Below, piece after piece: positions 55,101 to 64,000 of a DNA stretch of 64,000 bases. Position numbers and translations under genes: made by a program. The stretch comes from Perna viridis (lineage: Eukaryota), in contig CM074511.1 of NCBI GenBank assembly GCA_037379345.1, positions 5,828,001 to 5,892,000 of the forward strand. The letters are read 5' to 3'. The notes beneath the pieces were generated by a model. That model saw only the letters and a program-made list of their open reading frames with translations, ran no database searches and had not been told where the DNA came from. The first letter of the stretch is position 1, and each line of letters opens with the position of its first letter.

Positions 55101-58100
55101 GTTCACAGTTTTCTGTATAGGCTATGAACAATGAAAATGTATTACACTGATAAAACAAATGATCTTTTCTGAAAATGATGAGAATTTGAAAGCTGACTGA
55201 TTTGTGTTAGATATGGTTCTAAATTAAAGTTTTCTTTGTGAACTTAAAGCATGATCTTCAAATAAGATAATTATCACTTTTCTAGTAAAACAACTGTTAA
55301 ACTATTAGCTAATGTCATCTTGTTATAGCCTGTCTGTCTGTTCATCTTGTTATAGCCTGTCTGTCTGCTCATTTTGTAATCATGACAACATAATTCCAGC
55401 TTAACAATTCCGAATTAGTGACACTTGCAATATATGTTCAAAATTTTTTCTCTCACGTCTTCTCTAAACTGCATGTATTTTTCCAGTTTTTACAATACTT
55501 CTATATGAAAAAATTGGGTTAAATCTCCAAATTTAATGAAAGGATCTTTCAAGTATAACATGTCGTGTGTTGTTGCCTTTATAATATGTCACTAGTATTT
55601 CTATGAATGACCGCATCCATGCGAATGTGTTATATGCGTGCATCTTTGTGAACATGCGCCTGAACCTTTTGATATATACTCCATGCGAGCATGCTCTATT
55701 TGATATTAGTGTAGACCCTATCTACATGATTTTCATTACTGATTTATATTGTTTGCGCGTTCTTTGAATGTCTGCCTCTTAAAGTTCATCTCTGGCTATT
55801 GTTCTTTCTCTTTTAAAATTTTTGTGTTGTACTTTTTTAGAACTCAATTTTTGGAAAAAAAGTAATGAAGCTCAATTTATGCTTTTGAAAATTTGATGAA
55901 GTTTTCAATTTTTTGGAAGAAGTATAACACAGTTATCTTTTCCAGTAATGTTTATTCATGAATCAAAATATTAAATTTTTTTGTAAATGAGAGTAATAGT
56001 TTTGAATGCGCTCAGAGCGCTAGCGATAAAATGATATTGCTAATTTAATGCATTTAATGATTTGTGACTGATGTTTGCGTTATTTTCTACCCTGCTGCCT
56101 TGCTCTCTAACAGGAATTTACGGTGAGCTGCGTTGATGTGTATTTTTTCAGCACTCGTTCAGATTGCAGTCTGGACATCAACTATCTCTTTATTTTTAGT
56201 TTTTTTATTGTGATATAATTTTTTACATTTGTGTATTAAGATATGTAGAATTTCCACTGGATATAATCTGACTGCTTTTTTGTTTCAGTGTGTACTATGA
56301 AGTCTTTAGTTTAGAGGCAGAGCTTTTCACTTATCTAATGCTTCTATTATTTCAGAAGTTGTTTTGGGAAAATTTAATCTCTTTCCTCAATTCAAATTAA
56401 ATTGAACAAGTTTCTGTCAGCTATTGTAAATTAGAAAATAAAATACCACGTATTTGAATGTGAGTTAACAAGCAATTTATGATATTAGCAAATTGTGGGG
56501 AGTTGATTTCCACAAGAAAAGCTTTGCTTTATGTGTTTTAGTTGTCTTCATTGTTTTTGGTGATAATTAAAATTTCAGCCTCTTAAGCTCATTGAATTAA
56601 TGTCAAAATTTATGTTTCACTAAAAATCTTTTCCAACAGTGCATGTGTCATTTGTACTCAATTTAAACTTTGAAGTAGAGGTCTGTTTTGTAATATTTAT
56701 GAACATTGTCTGGGTTTTTCAGCTTATAATGGTGGTAAGCTTTTAATGATCTAAGCTTGCTCTTGCCTGAAGACCTACATTAGTTTTGGAATGATATGAT
56801 AAACGAAATAACTAAGGCCACATGAAGTTAATTTGTAAGTTCTCATCCACTAACAACTGAAAAAAATGGGATGGTTGGGAGGATTTTCTTCTCTATTTTT
56901 TATTTCTCAGAAACTGTTCAATCATAGCAGAGAATTAATCATCTTGAGATCTCCAAGTGAAATTCATATTCACCACATTTGGTCACAATTTCAAATTGTG
57001 TTATAACCGGGAGCCAGTTGCCATTTCATTAACATAGTGTCACGATGGATAAGCTCGTGAAAAAATTTGAGAAATTTGAACTGCCAAAAAAGTAACAAAA
57101 AATTGGCTGGGTAGGAATGAGAATTATCTTGATGTGGTCTTGCAAAAGTTAACAAAAATTTTGTCTAAATATGATCTTGACAACCTAATACCAAAGCCTT
57201 TTTTCTTTTTGTATTGTTCTTGGGTTGATTTTATGACATTATCATTTTGATGACTTTTTAGTCTAGAAATCTATTGTTTGAATCAAGAGAGTTTCAAAAA
57301 TGCAACAGTTATACATGACTAAGATGTAACCTATAAAGATAATCTTTTAGGTTATTGAAATTTAGATAAGAGAGACTTTTTTTATCAAAAAGTATTTAGT
57401 TTAAAATTTCCTTCTTCATTTCTGTAAAATTTTTAAAAGTGATGTTGTGTATCAAAATTCTTCTTATATTTATTTTTAATGTACATGCATTCAAGTGCTT
57501 CAGGTTAATACCATAACAACAATTTACTACTCTTTAATAAAACAAAAACATTTTTCAGAAGAATGCATATTATGCTAATTGAAATAAATGATTTTGAGAA
57601 GTTCTGCATGGTCTTCCCTGTTGTAACTATATATCTAAACATAACATTTATTGAAGACATTAACTTATTTTATGGACTCCTTGCATGAAAAATGGAACAA
57701 ACATTGATTTTTCTAAAACAATAATATTGCTATTGATACCTAAAATTGAATATTTGATGTTCAGCAGTGTTTGTGTATTGTTTATAAATAGCTAATAATT
57801 CCCCAAAACAGAGTTTATAGTTAATAAAAAATGCATGAAACTTGTACTATTGAATATTTCTCAACAGTTTAAACAATGTATATCAAGATCTTAGGATTCA
57901 GGCCAGAGAAATCAGACTTGCATGTCTAAATAAACAAACATCTTATCTACTGGTAGCATGCATTTGTTTAAGAGCACATGAAATGAGTCATGTAAATCTA
58001 TTTGTTTACCAGTATCTCAGGATTTCAGTACATTGTATAATGGAAATTTATAAATTTGAAAATTGTATATATTGAATTGAAACAAATACTTCTTGTTTAA

Positions 58101-61100
58101 TCATAGGATAAAAACACTGCATTGTTACGAATTCATCACTTTTTCCAGCTTAATATTTTTTAGAACATTAAAACAGATGGTAAATTTTTATTGCTTTAAA
58201 ATTCTTCATTTTTCCAGCCTGCATTAAGCTGCCAGCAACCTAAGAGGACAAGCATTCTGCTCATGCCATGCAGCGATTCATGCCTTTGCCAGCAAGCTGC
58301 GATGGTACAACCTGAGTAATGAATATGTTCATTTTGTTTCTCTACTGTAGATTATAAGTGAAGCTTTGAGTATGTTACTGAAGATTTAAAATTCATTCTT
58401 CTTTTTTAGTTCCTGGCCAACCAAGAAATCTCCATGCCAATGTGAAATCACCAAACACCATAGAAGTCACATGGAGTCCGCCTGAAAACTTCCATAACAT
58501 CATCAGCTACAAGCTATATTACAATGACTCCACTTTCCGACAGGCTGCTCATGTAGTTATCTCTCCTCCCACTAACAACTACATGCTGGAGGATCTTATA
58601 CCTGATACCATTTACCATATTCAGGTTTCAGCAACCTCCAGTAATGGCGAGGGAGCAAAGTCTACAATTGTTCAGGCTCAGACCTTGCAGTTCAGTATGT
58701 ATTTGATGTTTAATTGTTGTTTCACACATGTAAAGGAGTAATCTCAAACCTAATCTGACTGTAGTCTCGTAAAATGTGAATTCCATGTTCAATGTCAGGG
58801 TCATCATAGTATTCATATATTGTGCATTACTTATGTTTTAGGAAAAAAATTCTTGGGTTATTCCATCATATTTCCATACTTGTGTTTGAAATCCTGAATC
58901 TTGGATTTATTTGTATATATAACCTTAAAAACATTGGTTATCGATTTGTTTTTCAATTCATGGAAATGCAATGTGATGACATTTTTCCATTAATAACAAC
59001 ATCCTGTTTTGCATAAATTGCCCTTACTCTGATGACCTTGACACGACCTCTTAAGTAATACTGCTTCTAGTGCAGTGACAAGTAAATGGCGAAGTGTTAT
59101 CACACTCCTTAGATACATGTTGTACAGTTATACACACAACAATTCATTTCATTTCATTTTGGTTTTGTTTTTTTTTTTATTATTATTTGACATACAGAAT
59201 GTTTTCAGTCGTCTGGATTTTAAGGTTGCTACTATTCTGTATTTAATATGAATGCTTTTCTATGGAATGTTGAAATAGGGAATATTTTATGCAACTTTTC
59301 TTGAATGTATATATAGATGCTATATGGATTAATGATCTCCCTGGAAGTAAGTAAAAACTTCAGTCGAATGAAAAGTTCACAACAAATATATCTTTACTAT
59401 TTATTTCAAATCATAATTTGACAAAATATTTCAAGAAAAACATTTTTTAAGGAAAAGATCTGTGGAAACTTTTCATTCATTTCATTTTTAATATTGAGGG
59501 TTGGTCTTTATTACAATTGAAGTAATTATTCCATGTTGCCATTTTTTTGTTGGTCGTTGGGTGTCAATATTTTAATGTATCTTATAAATCAAAGTACAGT
59601 TGTTTCATAGTATGTACAGAGTATGTTGAGTTGCAATGCTTTTGGCTTTACAGTTCTTTTTCTAATTATTTAAAGCAGTGGTTACATTCAAAGTTGAATG
59701 CAAGCTTATTTTTTGCTTCCAGTTTCCATAAATGACTGAAATATTTTGTTCTATTTTCTCTGGACTATTTTTTCTTTTGAATAATTTTTTCATAGGTACG
59801 ACTTGCATTATGGGAATCAACCCATGCAAAAATTAAAATCTTTAGATTATTAGAGAATTTGTCATGGTTAATTTAGACTATGCATCTTTGATCCTATAAG
59901 CATTTGCTTTAATCAATAATATGCTAAGCATTAACTAACTGTACCAATTTCTCAGTGCAATGTCTGACAATAAAGCCTGTCATCATGAAATTTTGAATTA
60001 TTATGTCCTTGCATCAAGTTAAGTAAAATTTGATATGTCTTCCATTTGTTTGATGCAGTGCCATCTAGTAGCCCTTACCTAGAGGAAAATGCAATTTAAT
60101 TTTTGCATGTTGATTCCATTTAAAGCATGTTTAATTTTCTGTTCTGTATACAAAGCTTTTCTTCTGTATCATTTTTTACCCATAATTTTTCTTCCACTAA
60201 AAAGTTCCAAGTGCTGCACCTCAAGCTGTCACCGGACAACCTATCAGTAAAAATAGCATCAAAGTTACATGGAAACAGCCTCCTGCAGAACATCACAATG
60301 GTGCCCTTGATGGGTATAGAATCTTTTTCCGTAAGAATGATAGTGATTTGACCAATGAGGATGCCAGCGTCATCAAGGTTGGCAAAGATGCTAGGATGTT
60401 GAAGTTAGGTGACCTTGACATTTGGACCAACTATAAGATCTGGGTCCTAGCCTTCTCCAAAGTAGGTGAAGGTCCTTCGTCTCCTCCAATCATTGTACGG
60501 ACCCAAGAAGATGGTAGGTAACCATGGCAACATATAGTTTTCCCCCAGTTGGAATGAATTTGTTGTTTTTACTGATTTTAATAACAAAATCGGTAACAGA
60601 ATGGCTGGATTTCTGTCATGCTTTATCATCTCATTGTGTGTGTCTGCAAATGGGAGGGTGGGTTTTTATTTTGCTTCTCACATTGTTAGTCATCCACATT
60701 GTTTTTTTCTTTAGTTCTCTACATTTTTTCCCCTTGTTCTGCATGACCTTAACAAGAACAAAATATGACCTTGCCCTTTACTGTGCCCATAACCTTGAAT
60801 CTGTGTCCCCTTAACCAAAAGAATGTTTGTGTTTAGGAGAAAAAATCCCAGTTGATGTTGTAAAAAATATTAAATGCCATTCAACATTCAACAGAAGTGT
60901 CTTTTTTTAACCAAAAACTCTCAATTTGAGTTTCAATTCTGGTATTGATCAAAATCAATAGTCCCTTACAAAATGATTGATGGGTCTTAGTGGTGAAACC
61001 CCTTTCAAATGGAGAATTCATTGGCAGTGATTTAAAGGTAAATCCCTCAGGATCTGTTCACCTGGGGAATTCATTGGTAGTGATTTAAAGGTGAACCTCT

Positions 61101-63506
61101 GGGGATGTGTTCACCTGGAGAACTCATTGGCAGTGATTTGAAGGTGAACCACTCAGGATCTGTTCACCTGGAGAATTCATTGATACTGACCCCTGATCAT
61201 CATCCATTCTCTTACCTTATTCATTTCATCTACATGTATTTTTCATCATTTTATATATTTTTTTTTTGGTCATTATTAATCTACTTTTGTCAAAACTATT
61301 TTCAACATTCATAACATTATCTTCTAAAACCATCAAATTACTGCATCATTATGTCATCATATCTCCTGCTGTTTATAATAATGTCATCAGTGTTCATCCA
61401 AAGTATTATTTGCAAGCAAAGTTCAAAGGTCATATAACCACCATCAAAAGTGTATCATCACTTTTTTATTTCAGTTTTCATAATTCGGCTGCATTCATTA
61501 AAGCCTTAGGTTCTATAATACTTTGGATTGATACCATGTAAAGCTAACATGTATTCTTTCATTCATCCTAGCTTGACAGAAATCCTTCAGAAAAAAAAAT
61601 TGTTTTAGCTTTTTTTTTTAAAACGAGTCCTACAACATATTACTAACTAGATAATGATGAAAATGGTGTTGCCCATGTATATTACCTACTTGTTCGAAAG
61701 AACCACAAGTTCAAATATGGAAACCTTTTGTTTAAAACCATGGAAAGAAAGAGTCCAGTCTTAATCAGTGATTATTTAATGATAAAACCTCAGCAAATTT
61801 TTATAAGATTTTTTTTTAATGTAAACATGGGGAAAAAAAAGATTTTCAAGGGACATAACTCTTTCCATGTTGTCATTTAAACTAGAGGTTGACCTGATGA
61901 ACCATTGTGTTTTACATGAGTTTGTTTACCAACTAATCTTAAAGTTATCTCCCTTTGGACCAATGTAAGTATGTTAAATGTTTGATGTTAGATGTTGCAT
62001 GATGCACGTTTTGTTATACCTATTGAATTTCTATAGATGTGGAGTGCATTCAAAATCTTTTAATTGTTACTTTTGAAATGTCTCCAAGATAACCCTTTCT
62101 GAGCTTTGCATGTTCAGAAAACCTCACTATCTCAGAAATTTATATCAACCTAGGTGCTTTTAATGTCTATATAGTTGTTTGCATTTTAACTTCATAGATC
62201 ATTGAATGTATTGGTGATTAAATTAACTTGAGTTTTAAATTTAGAAAGGTTTACTGCCTGGTATATAAAAAGCATTTTTTAATACTCTGAACTTGATTCA
62301 TGGAAGTGAAGAATTTTTTTTTTATTTATTTCATTGTCTTTCTGTTGATGACAATCCATACAATTTCTAACAAATGTAAATTTAAATTCAATTCTTGCCA
62401 ATATCCGAGCCATTTTTAATTCCCAGGTCAAAGATAAAATAACAGTTAATACATTTACATAGCACATAATGGATATTGTGGGGTTTTTTTTGAAAATAAT
62501 GATCCCCAAAATGATGACAATATTCAATATTTCCCCTGTTGATTTAAGATGATAAGACAAAAATCTTTGATTTCCTTTCTGTTCCATTGTGACTTAATGT
62601 GATAAATAGGATAGACCACAGACCTAAATCAGGGTTGTGGATAAACATTAAGATTTGTGGATTAAGGTTTGATTAGAAGTGATTCACTTATAGGTCATGA
62701 CTCATTAATTTTGTTAATCTTAGGCAAACATCATCTTTTTGATAAGAATTAGATGTATATGTCAGTTCGTGAATAAAAATGCCAACAATTTTTCCCTGTG
62801 CTGGCATCAATTACTGTATTAAATGATGCTGCAAAGATAAGGATTGGCCTTTAGTTTGAAAATAGTTGAAATGCAAACTTCATGATGTGGAAAAAATGAA
62901 AGATTTATAATTCAGTGATTCTCAAAAAATGAATGTCTTATTTGTAAAGGTGGTAAAAATCATTTTCAAGAAGCCTTAAGTACAAAAGATAATGGTGTAA
63001 AAAAATTAGGCAAGTTCATGTAATTTTGTGTAAACAAAAATAAATTTTAAATTCCAATCTTTCATTGATATAACTGGCAGACAAAATCAGGAAACTATGA
63101 AGCAGCACTTGCCTTCAGAGTAAAAATAATCAATTTCAGTACAAACATTATATAAGTTATTTCCCCTTGCTTTCATGTGCATATCCTGTTTCAGTACCTG
63201 GAGAACCAAAGCATGTGAAAGCGCAAGTTGTCAACTCTACTACACTATTTGTGAATTGGAAACCTCCTGTTGCTAGGAAACGCAATGGTATCATACGGGG
63301 ATATTATGTATATTACATTCCAGTGGATGATAAAGGTCATCCAAAAGGTCAGGAAAAAGTTTTTGACACCAAAGATGGCAGTGATGTTGACGCAGTGATA
63401 ACAGAACTTGACCCTAACACATTGTACAAGATAACTGTGGCAGGCTATACTAGGAAAGGAGATGGATCTCGGAGCTCTGATGTCAGGATAAAAACTTCAG
63501 GACCTG
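14745..63506 (+). CDS. Lar: LAR-family receptor protein tyrosine phosphatase, partial multi-exon gene (Ig1-3, FN3 1-5); 5' and 3' ends outside the identified span
   Basis: Ten exons join in frame with GT-AG introns. Motifs match LAR/PTPRD/PTPRS as I know them: [81 protein letters not shown]. Confidence 0.96.
16086..16116. repeat. (AC)n(AT)n compound microsatellite
   Basis: Direct observation. Confidence 0.85.
16757..17010. repeat. Minisatellite, about 46-bp unit x5
   Basis: agattgaccaggccaggtctgactcaggtctgtttatcacatatgt variants. Confidence 0.9.
21475..21666 (+). CDS. Lar: LAR exon, Ig2 N-terminal part (192 nt, phase 1-1)
   Basis: Acceptor tttctatttaag|GTATA, donor CCAG|gtaata; [28 protein letters not shown]...[20 protein letters not shown]. 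Confidence 0.92.
21925..23461 (+). mobile_element. HINE-like element B (ttttagctcacctg...caggtgagc...ttgtt) with internal tandem units, interrupted by a SINE
   Basis: subTIR gctcacctg (21930) / caggtgagc (23426), 3' hairpin aggctcctgggagcct, internal repeats ggggtcagacag, insertion into a T-run. Confidence 0.85.
21955..22450 (-). mobile_element. SINE-like retroposon copy 1 (Deu/Nin-like core)
   Basis: Flanked by TSD c(g/a)aaggccatgtga (21941-21954, 22451-22464); homologous to 49326-49832; caat-type tail; CpG-rich. Confidence 0.88.
24485..24595 (+). CDS. Lar: LAR exon, Ig2 C-terminal part (111 nt, phase 1-1)
   Basis: Acceptor tttttgccag|GATAT, donor AAAG|gtcagt; [37 protein letters not shown]. 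Confidence 0.95.
24650..25100 (+). mobile_element. Decayed HINE-like/satellite-bearing repeat
   Basis: Two related units (...ccacaaaa..aag..tgg.att.atttt....gaat.aggggcca..aa); family not identified with certainty. Confidence 0.45.
25106..25362 (+). mobile_element. Second, truncated copy of HINE-like element B
   Basis: tttttagcttacatggccaaaggccatatgagctatggccatcacttggc... aligns with 21925-21954 joined to 22465-22660. Confidence 0.85.
29011..29250. repeat. Minisatellite, 30-bp unit x8
   Basis: ttgttctactccaatgcctgtctgtacatc. Confidence 0.97.
30867..31465. repeat. Minisatellite, about 84-bp unit, 6-7 copies with internal rearrangement
   Basis: ccatgggtattctgtacttcagtgtttaactaggctttctacagg...gtaaaagataggtaatactcttaatc. 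Confidence 0.9.
32903..33172 (+). CDS. Lar: LAR exon, Ig3 domain (270 nt, phase 1-1)
   Basis: Acceptor tatttacag|TAAGA, donor AAAG|gtaaga; [12 protein letters not shown]...[13 protein letters not shown]...[22 protein letters not shown]. Confidence 0.95.
33919..34050 (+). mobile_element. 5' fragment of a HINE/Helentron-like element
   Basis: tttatacccc...gggatatattggaatcacc followed by a (ctgt)n microsatellite. Confidence 0.55.
35333..35386 (+). promoter_or_regulatory. Candidate internal promoter motifs: RFX X-box-like GTTGCCATAGAAAC and CCAAT box
   Basis: X-box-like at 35333-35346 and CCAAT at 35382-35386, 250-300 bp upstream of the ATG at 35633. Confidence 0.35.
35700..35984 (+). CDS. Lar: LAR exon, FN3 repeat 1 (285 nt, phase 1-1; 5' boundary uncertain)
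   Basis: AEIPHPP...LAWTP...YYKLQY...[21 protein letters not shown]; donor ATGG|gtttgt. The acceptor gaaacttag| lacks a pyrimidine tract; a second in-frame acceptor lies at 35657|35658. Confidence 0.88.
40719..40882. mobile_element. Small GC-rich MITE
   Basis: TIRs caggcgcagatccaagga / tcctggatccgcccctg. Confidence 0.75.
41738..41868. repeat. Degenerate tandem repeat x3 (about 48 bp)
   Basis: cattgtatcatgaaccctttt repeated three times. Confidence 0.75.
44337..44500. repeat. Perfect minisatellite, 41-bp unit x4
   Basis: ttgaattgatactgctcggggttgttgctatggtgtagaac. Confidence 0.97.
45206..45399. repeat. Minisatellite, about 36-39-bp unit x5
   Basis: ggttctgttcccgggctgacagtagaggacttgtaa variants. 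Confidence 0.9.
48055..48241. mobile_element. Short MITE
   Basis: taaggcaggaaccatttg ... caaatgattgcagcctaa imperfect TIRs, with inner gggggctat/tagccc..accccc. Confidence 0.55.
48720..49947 (-). mobile_element. Interspersed repeat copy B (reverse of 7155-7815), interrupted by SINE copy 2
   Basis: Reverse-complement blocks match copy A on both sides of the SINE; boundaries approximate. Confidence 0.78.
49326..49832 (+). mobile_element. SINE-like retroposon copy 2 (Deu/Nin-like core)
   Basis: TSD ccaatcagca(a/g)ca (49311-49323, 49833-49845); gcacgttaaagaaccc core; tail gctgaaatattgctgctcggacgttaaa plus caa(g) repeats. Confidence 0.88.
50832..50932 (+). CDS. Lar: LAR exon, FN3 repeat 2 first part (101 nt, phase 1-0); not in ORF track
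   Basis: Acceptor ttctttccag|CTCCA, donor CAAG|gtttga; manual translation [34 protein letters not shown]. Confidence 0.93.
51224..52811. mobile_element. About 1.6-kb non-autonomous DNA transposon
   Basis: Ends ttaaggccaaaaaaaaatgtctgtttagggtt ... aacccaaaacatacatttttttattttggccttaa. Confidence 0.75.
52191..52329. mobile_element. MITE (ggcca.atcaa...ttgatgtggcc) nested in the 1.6-kb element
   Basis: ta|ggccatatcaag...aatttgatgtggcc|ta. Confidence 0.7.
52991..53198 (+). CDS. Lar: LAR exon, FN3 repeat 2 second part (208 nt, phase 0-1)
   Basis: Acceptor ctctttgtag|GGATAC, donor GGAG|gtatat; GYKIFYT...[33 protein letters not shown]. Confidence 0.93.
56114..56122 (+). CDS. Lar: Candidate 9-nt microexon (adds GIY between FN2 and FN3)
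   Basis: ccctgctgccttgctctctaacag|GAATTTACG|gtgagc; frame-preserving, phase 1-1, strong splice sites, TGC motifs in the pyrimidine tract. Confidence 0.65.
56816..57139. mobile_element. MITE of the same family as 52191-52329
   Basis: taa|ggccacatgaag...ttctcatcc ... gaatgagaat...ttgatgtggtc. Confidence 0.65.
58410..58694 (+). CDS. Lar: LAR exon, FN3 repeat 3 (285 nt, phase 1-1)
   Basis: Acceptor cttttttag|TTCCT, donor TTCA|gtatgt; VPGQPRNL...VTWSPP...[23 protein letters not shown]...QTLQF. Confidence 0.94.
60205..60513 (+). CDS. Lar: LAR exon, FN3 repeat 4 (309 nt, phase 1-1); not in ORF track
   Basis: Acceptor ccactaaaaag|TTCCA, donor GATG|gtaggt; manual translation [42 protein letters not shown]...[33 protein letters not shown]. 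Confidence 0.93.
61011..61183. repeat. Tandem repeat, about 53-bp unit x3
   Basis: ggagaattcattggcagtgatttaaaggtgaacc...ggatctgttcacct. Confidence 0.85.
63195..63506 (+). CDS. Lar: LAR exon, FN3 repeat 5 (312 nt, phase 1-1)
   Basis: Acceptor cctgtttcag|TACCT, donor CCTG|gtaaga; [10 protein letters not shown]...[20 protein letters not shown]...[13 protein letters not shown]. Confidence 0.95.
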
Positions 63507-64000
63507 GTAAGATAAGAAAACATACAGTATAGAAAATAACATAGACACATGGTTTTCATGGCATCATCTTGAAAGGACATATTGATGCAGCCAAAACAGA
63601 TAAATAGATGTACAATAATTACTGTATTAGTAACAAATTGTTGTAATTAGTAAACACAAGAAAATAAGCATGCCTATAATGAAGTACAGGCACTGAATCT
63701 GATAGTGTTGTTTATATATATTTGGATGACCTTTTTATCATGTAGTATTTTTTTCATTTCCATTACCTATATACCAGCCATTAACTTATGTACCATATTC
63801 ATGCATTACTAACACAAGCAATGCATATCATATTCATGTGTAAGGGGTCGTACTGGACACACTAGTCTGTTTTAACCAAAATATTGATAAAATGAAACAT
63901 ACGTAGCTTTTATAAGGTAAGTTGTACTATTTATTACTACTACTGGTAACATACTATAAATGTTATCACAAGCGTGAGTTTCTATATTCATTTATGTTGC

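Noticed and set aside
59770-59801. Pyrimidine tract with catag|gtacga as a recursive splice site
   Set aside because: The intron is only 1.5 kb and the donor is mediocre; likely chance.
60524-60600. accATGG ORF with hydrophobic [13 protein letters not shown] as another leader exon
   Set aside because: The nearby donor (TCG|gtaaca) is phase 0 and cannot join the phase-1 FN5 exon in frame.

Overview
AT-rich, CpG-depleted animal genomic DNA. The repeat types resemble those of bivalve molluscs (inference from recalled families). The window holds part of one large + strand gene, a LAR-family (type IIa; PTPRF/D/S, Dlar) receptor protein tyrosine phosphatase. Ten coding exons (14745-63506, 2379 nt) splice in one open frame with GT-AG boundaries and encode Ig1-Ig3 and FN3 repeats 1-5. 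I found no signal-peptide exon in the window, and the TM/phosphatase exons lie downstream of it. Introns contain minisatellites, MITEs, Helentron-like non-autonomous elements and SINEs, some nested. The most interesting signal is apparent hidden isoform machinery in the introns: (1) an ATG in strong context with a signal-peptide-like leader fused directly onto the FN1 exon, with X-box and CCAAT motifs upstream, predicting an Ig-less receptor; (2) a 9-nt microexon candidate between FN2 and FN3, inside a CpG-rich island and followed by an RBFOX motif cluster, whose donor could also close a short leader exon; (3) a 13-nt mini-exon-B-like sequence in the intron matching the vertebrate meB site. 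All isoform claims are predictions that need transcript data.
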